The translations under genes and the position numbers were made by a program. A stretch of DNA of 63,637 nt, filler included, from Craspedostauros australis (Eukaryota), in NCBI GenBank assembly GCA_030167865.1. It is 12 parts of 12 records of this genome, joined end to end, with 100 filler letters (N's around TTAATTAATTAA, not from the genome) between each part and the next. Parts side by side here need not be neighbours in the genome. Positions count along the whole stretch, not along the records: positions 59,541 to 62,406 come from JALAGF010005822.1; positions 62,507 to 63,637 come from JALAGF010005833.1; 10 more parts are not named here. One strand, given 5' to 3'. Shown here piece after piece: positions 60,470 to 63,637 of this stretch (the stretch's first letter is position 1; every line of letters starts with the position of its first letter). The notes under the pieces are model-generated. The model was not told the DNA's origin, made no database searches, and saw only the letters and a list, made by a program, of their open reading frames with translations.

Positions 60470-62406
60470 GTTCCCGCCCTCCACATTCTCATCGTATTAT
60501 GACAGCCATCGTTTTCCCTGAACCAGGCTCCACAGCTTCTTCACCATCTTGAGCGCATGCGCTGGGTTATCCGATCATCGTTCGTGTGAAAGCGAATAGG
60601 ATTGGTAGAAAATTTGGATCCTATTTGATGTTGTGGTACGGCGAGATCTACTTCACGAGCACCTCCAATCGGACGCGTCCGGATCCAAATTCGTCGCACA
60701 TATAGGTGCATCGTCCGAATGCAGATCTTTGACTGCTTGACGACACGGATCGAGACTGCCCAACGCACCGCGCTGAACAGTCCAGGAGCATCACAAAATC
60801 ATTCGCACCAACAATCCTCTGCCGGATCCCCGTGGATGGCCAATGTCTTGGCTTTTCATACTTCGACGAAATCAAATCCTCAGCAACTGCGATGAAGTCT
60901 TCGTGTGGTTTGGCACGCTTTTCACGCACCGCGGCCTCCAGCAAGACGATATTGCAGCAATTCAGACGGATGGTTCGAGTGGAGTCCATTATTCGGGATG
61001 AGAGTGTGTGCGTATAGTACCACAGAATGGGTGCAGTGAGTATCATACCATGCCATACCAATGAGACAATGATTCGATTGTGAGTATGATGTGAATTGAA
61101 GCAGGAATGCGAATGGAATAGAATCAAGGAATCAATGACATGTTCCCACAAGCTCTGAAAGTCGTACTCCTTCAATGCGCCTGTTTTGTGCACGCTTTCC
61201 ATTCCTGATTTTTGGATCTGCTCTTCGCCGCGCACATGCCAGGTGCAAATGCGCAAGTGTACAACACGACCATACACAGCAGCAGCAACATCAACAACAC
61301 TTGTCACTCACCTGATGCCAGCCTGGACCGAATTCTCCGCCACCGCACATGTTGGTTTCCGCGCAGACGCCGCCACATTCCAACCATGCCAGACCTGTTG
61401 CAGGTTGTAATGCGGACCGACACGACCTCAAAGGCACCATAGGCGTAGAGCAAGGTGGGTCTGCTTGTTAGTGGGGACGCCTCTTCGACATGATGATGTG
61501 CAGAGCATCAGTGCCGTCCTTGCTTTCTGCGATGCGTTGCATGACGTCCACACCTTTCGAATCGAATTGACTCGGTAGCGATTTGAGCTTGCTGCCAAGG
61601 TGGACCTCTGGATCAACCCGCTTCATCATCTTCTCGTCTTCGCCATCAAACACGGATGCATCGCCAAGCCACAGCATGGTTGGTTCTGTGTAGCTGGTGG
61701 TCGTGATCCAGAATCGATCGCTCTCATAGGGATGCGCAGATCGAACGCTGGCGGAGGCGATTCGGGGTTGCTTATCGCCTCCCACCAAACGCAGCTTGTT
61801 AGCCTCTTCCTCCAATTGATAGAACTCCAGCTTCAATCTGACGTTACCAATGAGCAAGAGGATGAGGTGGTTCTTTGTGATGGTGTAGTTTTTTCGGAGG
61901 AGGTAGTCGGAGGGTTTGAAGAGGGTATAATATATCCGATCGGCTGGTCCATACTGACGAATTTGTGCGCATTGACGTAGATGATGGATCCAGCCTTGAA
62001 TTCCTTGGCACCCTCAGGTGACCAGTTGGATTGCAAAGGGATCATGAGAACGGTGCCACCGAAATCGATATCCGAATCTTCTGGTGCAAGCCAGGGTTTG
62101 AAATCCGGCGGATCTCCTGTCTCGATTCTGGTATGTTGTCTGGGCGGCAGCATGTGCTTGTACTTGACCTTCCATATCCAGAATTCGGTGGTCTGGTGGG
62201 TGATGGCTCTCGTGCGGATTTCGTAAATGCCCCTGCCGCGCACCCTCTGATCGTCAACGTCGGCGGAGACCGCGATGTCGGATTTTTCACCTTCGAAGAC
62301 CACGAGAGCCGATGCCAGATCCGTGCCTCTGACCCACTCGCGGATCGTCCCGGAGCATCCCGCCTTTGTGAGAGACGAAGGACCAAAATCCGCTGCGGCC
62401 AGGAGG
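60470..62406 (-). pseudogene. Prolyl oligopeptidase (S9A), frameshifted
   Basis: Fragments in several frames: TSYTEPT.L…LKSLPSQFD…SKDGT, PTLLYAYGAF, RGGGEFGPGWHQ, EDFIAVAEDLI and DDRI. No intact GxSxGG nucleophile motif was found. Confidence 0.7.
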
Positions 62407-62506
62407 NNNNNNNNNNNNNNNNNNNNNNNNNNNNNNNNNNNNNNNNNNNNTTAATTAATTAANNNNNNNNNNNNNNNNNNNNNNNNNNNNNNNNNNNNNN
62501 NNNNNN

Positions 62507-63602
62507 CCTCCTTCTTCTGTTTGCGTTGTTTGGCACTGTACGCTGCAAACAGCGACGCTTTCACGCGCATGGGGTGAGCATGCAGTTGTATGTACCAGTC
62601 AGTTTTGGCCTGTTCATCGTCCATCAACTGCTTGTGTGCTTCGTGTTCGGATGGTCTGTTTTTTGGGTCCTTCGCGGACGCTTCACTGATGTCCTTCAAT
62701 TTGTCCGCGATGTAGTCTGGTAGCTTCGCTGGTTTGCGCGTTGTTTTGCTCGCCCAGCCTTGCACAGCGAGCGGTGGGTGTTCTGTTTCTGCGGTTTGGT
62801 CTTGTANNNNNNNNNNNNNNNNNNNNNNNNNNNNNNNNNNNNNNNNNNNNNNNNNNNNNNNNNNNNCCAGCCCCTTGCTCTCTGCCGCTGTGCGCCCGAG
62901 TTTTCGCGTCTTGTCCGTCTTCCTGAATGATTCGGACGTAATTGCCGGCTTGTCGGACGTGAACGTTCTGTCCTCGAGGACACCCAGCTCGTTGACAATC
63001 CAGCCATCCCATTCAGCGCTCTTGACCACAACGTCTTCCGTGATACCAGATGCAGCCACCAACCGTGCCTGGTCATCGCCGTACTTCACCTCGTGAGTCA
63101 TACGTACCTGTTGCCCGTTCGCGCGGAATCGTCTTTTTGGTGCGCCAGGAAGCGTGGTGATGTTGCCTTCGAGGGACGACGCGTTGACTAGTACCGTTGT
63201 CGTACCTGCGATGCTACCGGCTTTCAGTGCTTCGTAGAGTTGGCGGGCGGTCTTGATGTCACGTCCACTTTGCACGTATTTTCGCAGTACACGGGTGATG
63301 AAGGCGAAGTGGGTGTCCAACATGCTCTTACCGGTTTGGGCCTCNGTGTAAATCCACGCGATGATTTTNGCTGCCTTTCGTGTCGCAAGGTTCTTGTTGA
63401 GTNNNGANGTGATGAGCGCGATGTGCTCGTGACTGGCGAAGCAACACGCGTTATCGCTCTGTAGGATGATCTCAGTCACGGATGGGAGAATGTCTTTGAC
63501 CTTTTTTTTGCACAATGTCAAGAAGTCCACCAACTTGAAGAGTGTCTTGTGTTGGTCTTCCGCCGACCACAATGTCAATGAACCGATAAGTAAAAATATC
63601 AT
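62507..63602 (-). mobile_element. Putative DDE/DDD-type DNA transposase, superfamily unassigned, partial
   Basis: RNase H-fold-like acidic motifs 'IILQSDNACCF' and 'EAQTGKSMLDTHF', plus a C-terminal 'GWA' region; long ORF with N gaps. Confidence 0.55.
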
Positions 63603-63637
63603 TTTCGCACGTGATGACCATTGCCCCGAGCAGTGAC

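Noticed and set aside
3947..62462. TTAATTAATTAA as a biological motif, and gene clustering across it
   Set aside because: Always embedded in fixed-length N runs, so it is an assembly linker.

Overview
Eukaryotic nuclear DNA, most likely from a diatom. The evidence is a fucoxanthin-chlorophyll LHC with a bipartite plastid presequence, CoDi-type copia elements, diatom-style TM-LRR and receptor cyclase genes, and GT-AG introns. The window is not contiguous: 11 artificial N-TTAATTAATTAA-N linkers join 12 unplaced scaffolds, so adjacency across linkers means nothing. Repeats and mobile DNA: a ~182-bp satellite array carrying a TSD-flanked non-LTR retro-insertion, a Harbinger-like transposase, a long-TIR foldback element, several copia/CoDi fragments and two related unclassified DDE transposases. 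Host genes: annexin, ABCG transporter, tandem ankyrin genes, LHC, RING-H2 ligase, ferroportin, LRR protein, a CIA30-like protein, a nucleotide cyclase and a decayed prolyl oligopeptidase. Best leads: (1) an intronless ORF fusing a PIP-box, polynucleotide 3'-phosphatase/5'-kinase (PNKP) and an aldo-keto reductase with all catalytic motifs; (2) an in-frame TGA at a probable Cys position in the CIA30-like gene (selenocysteine or nonsense); (3) ankyrin paralogs that vary mainly at binding-surface positions; (4) a retro-insertion into the satellite whose 3' hairpin motif recurs on another scaffold. All family calls come from motif recognition by eye; no database search was run.
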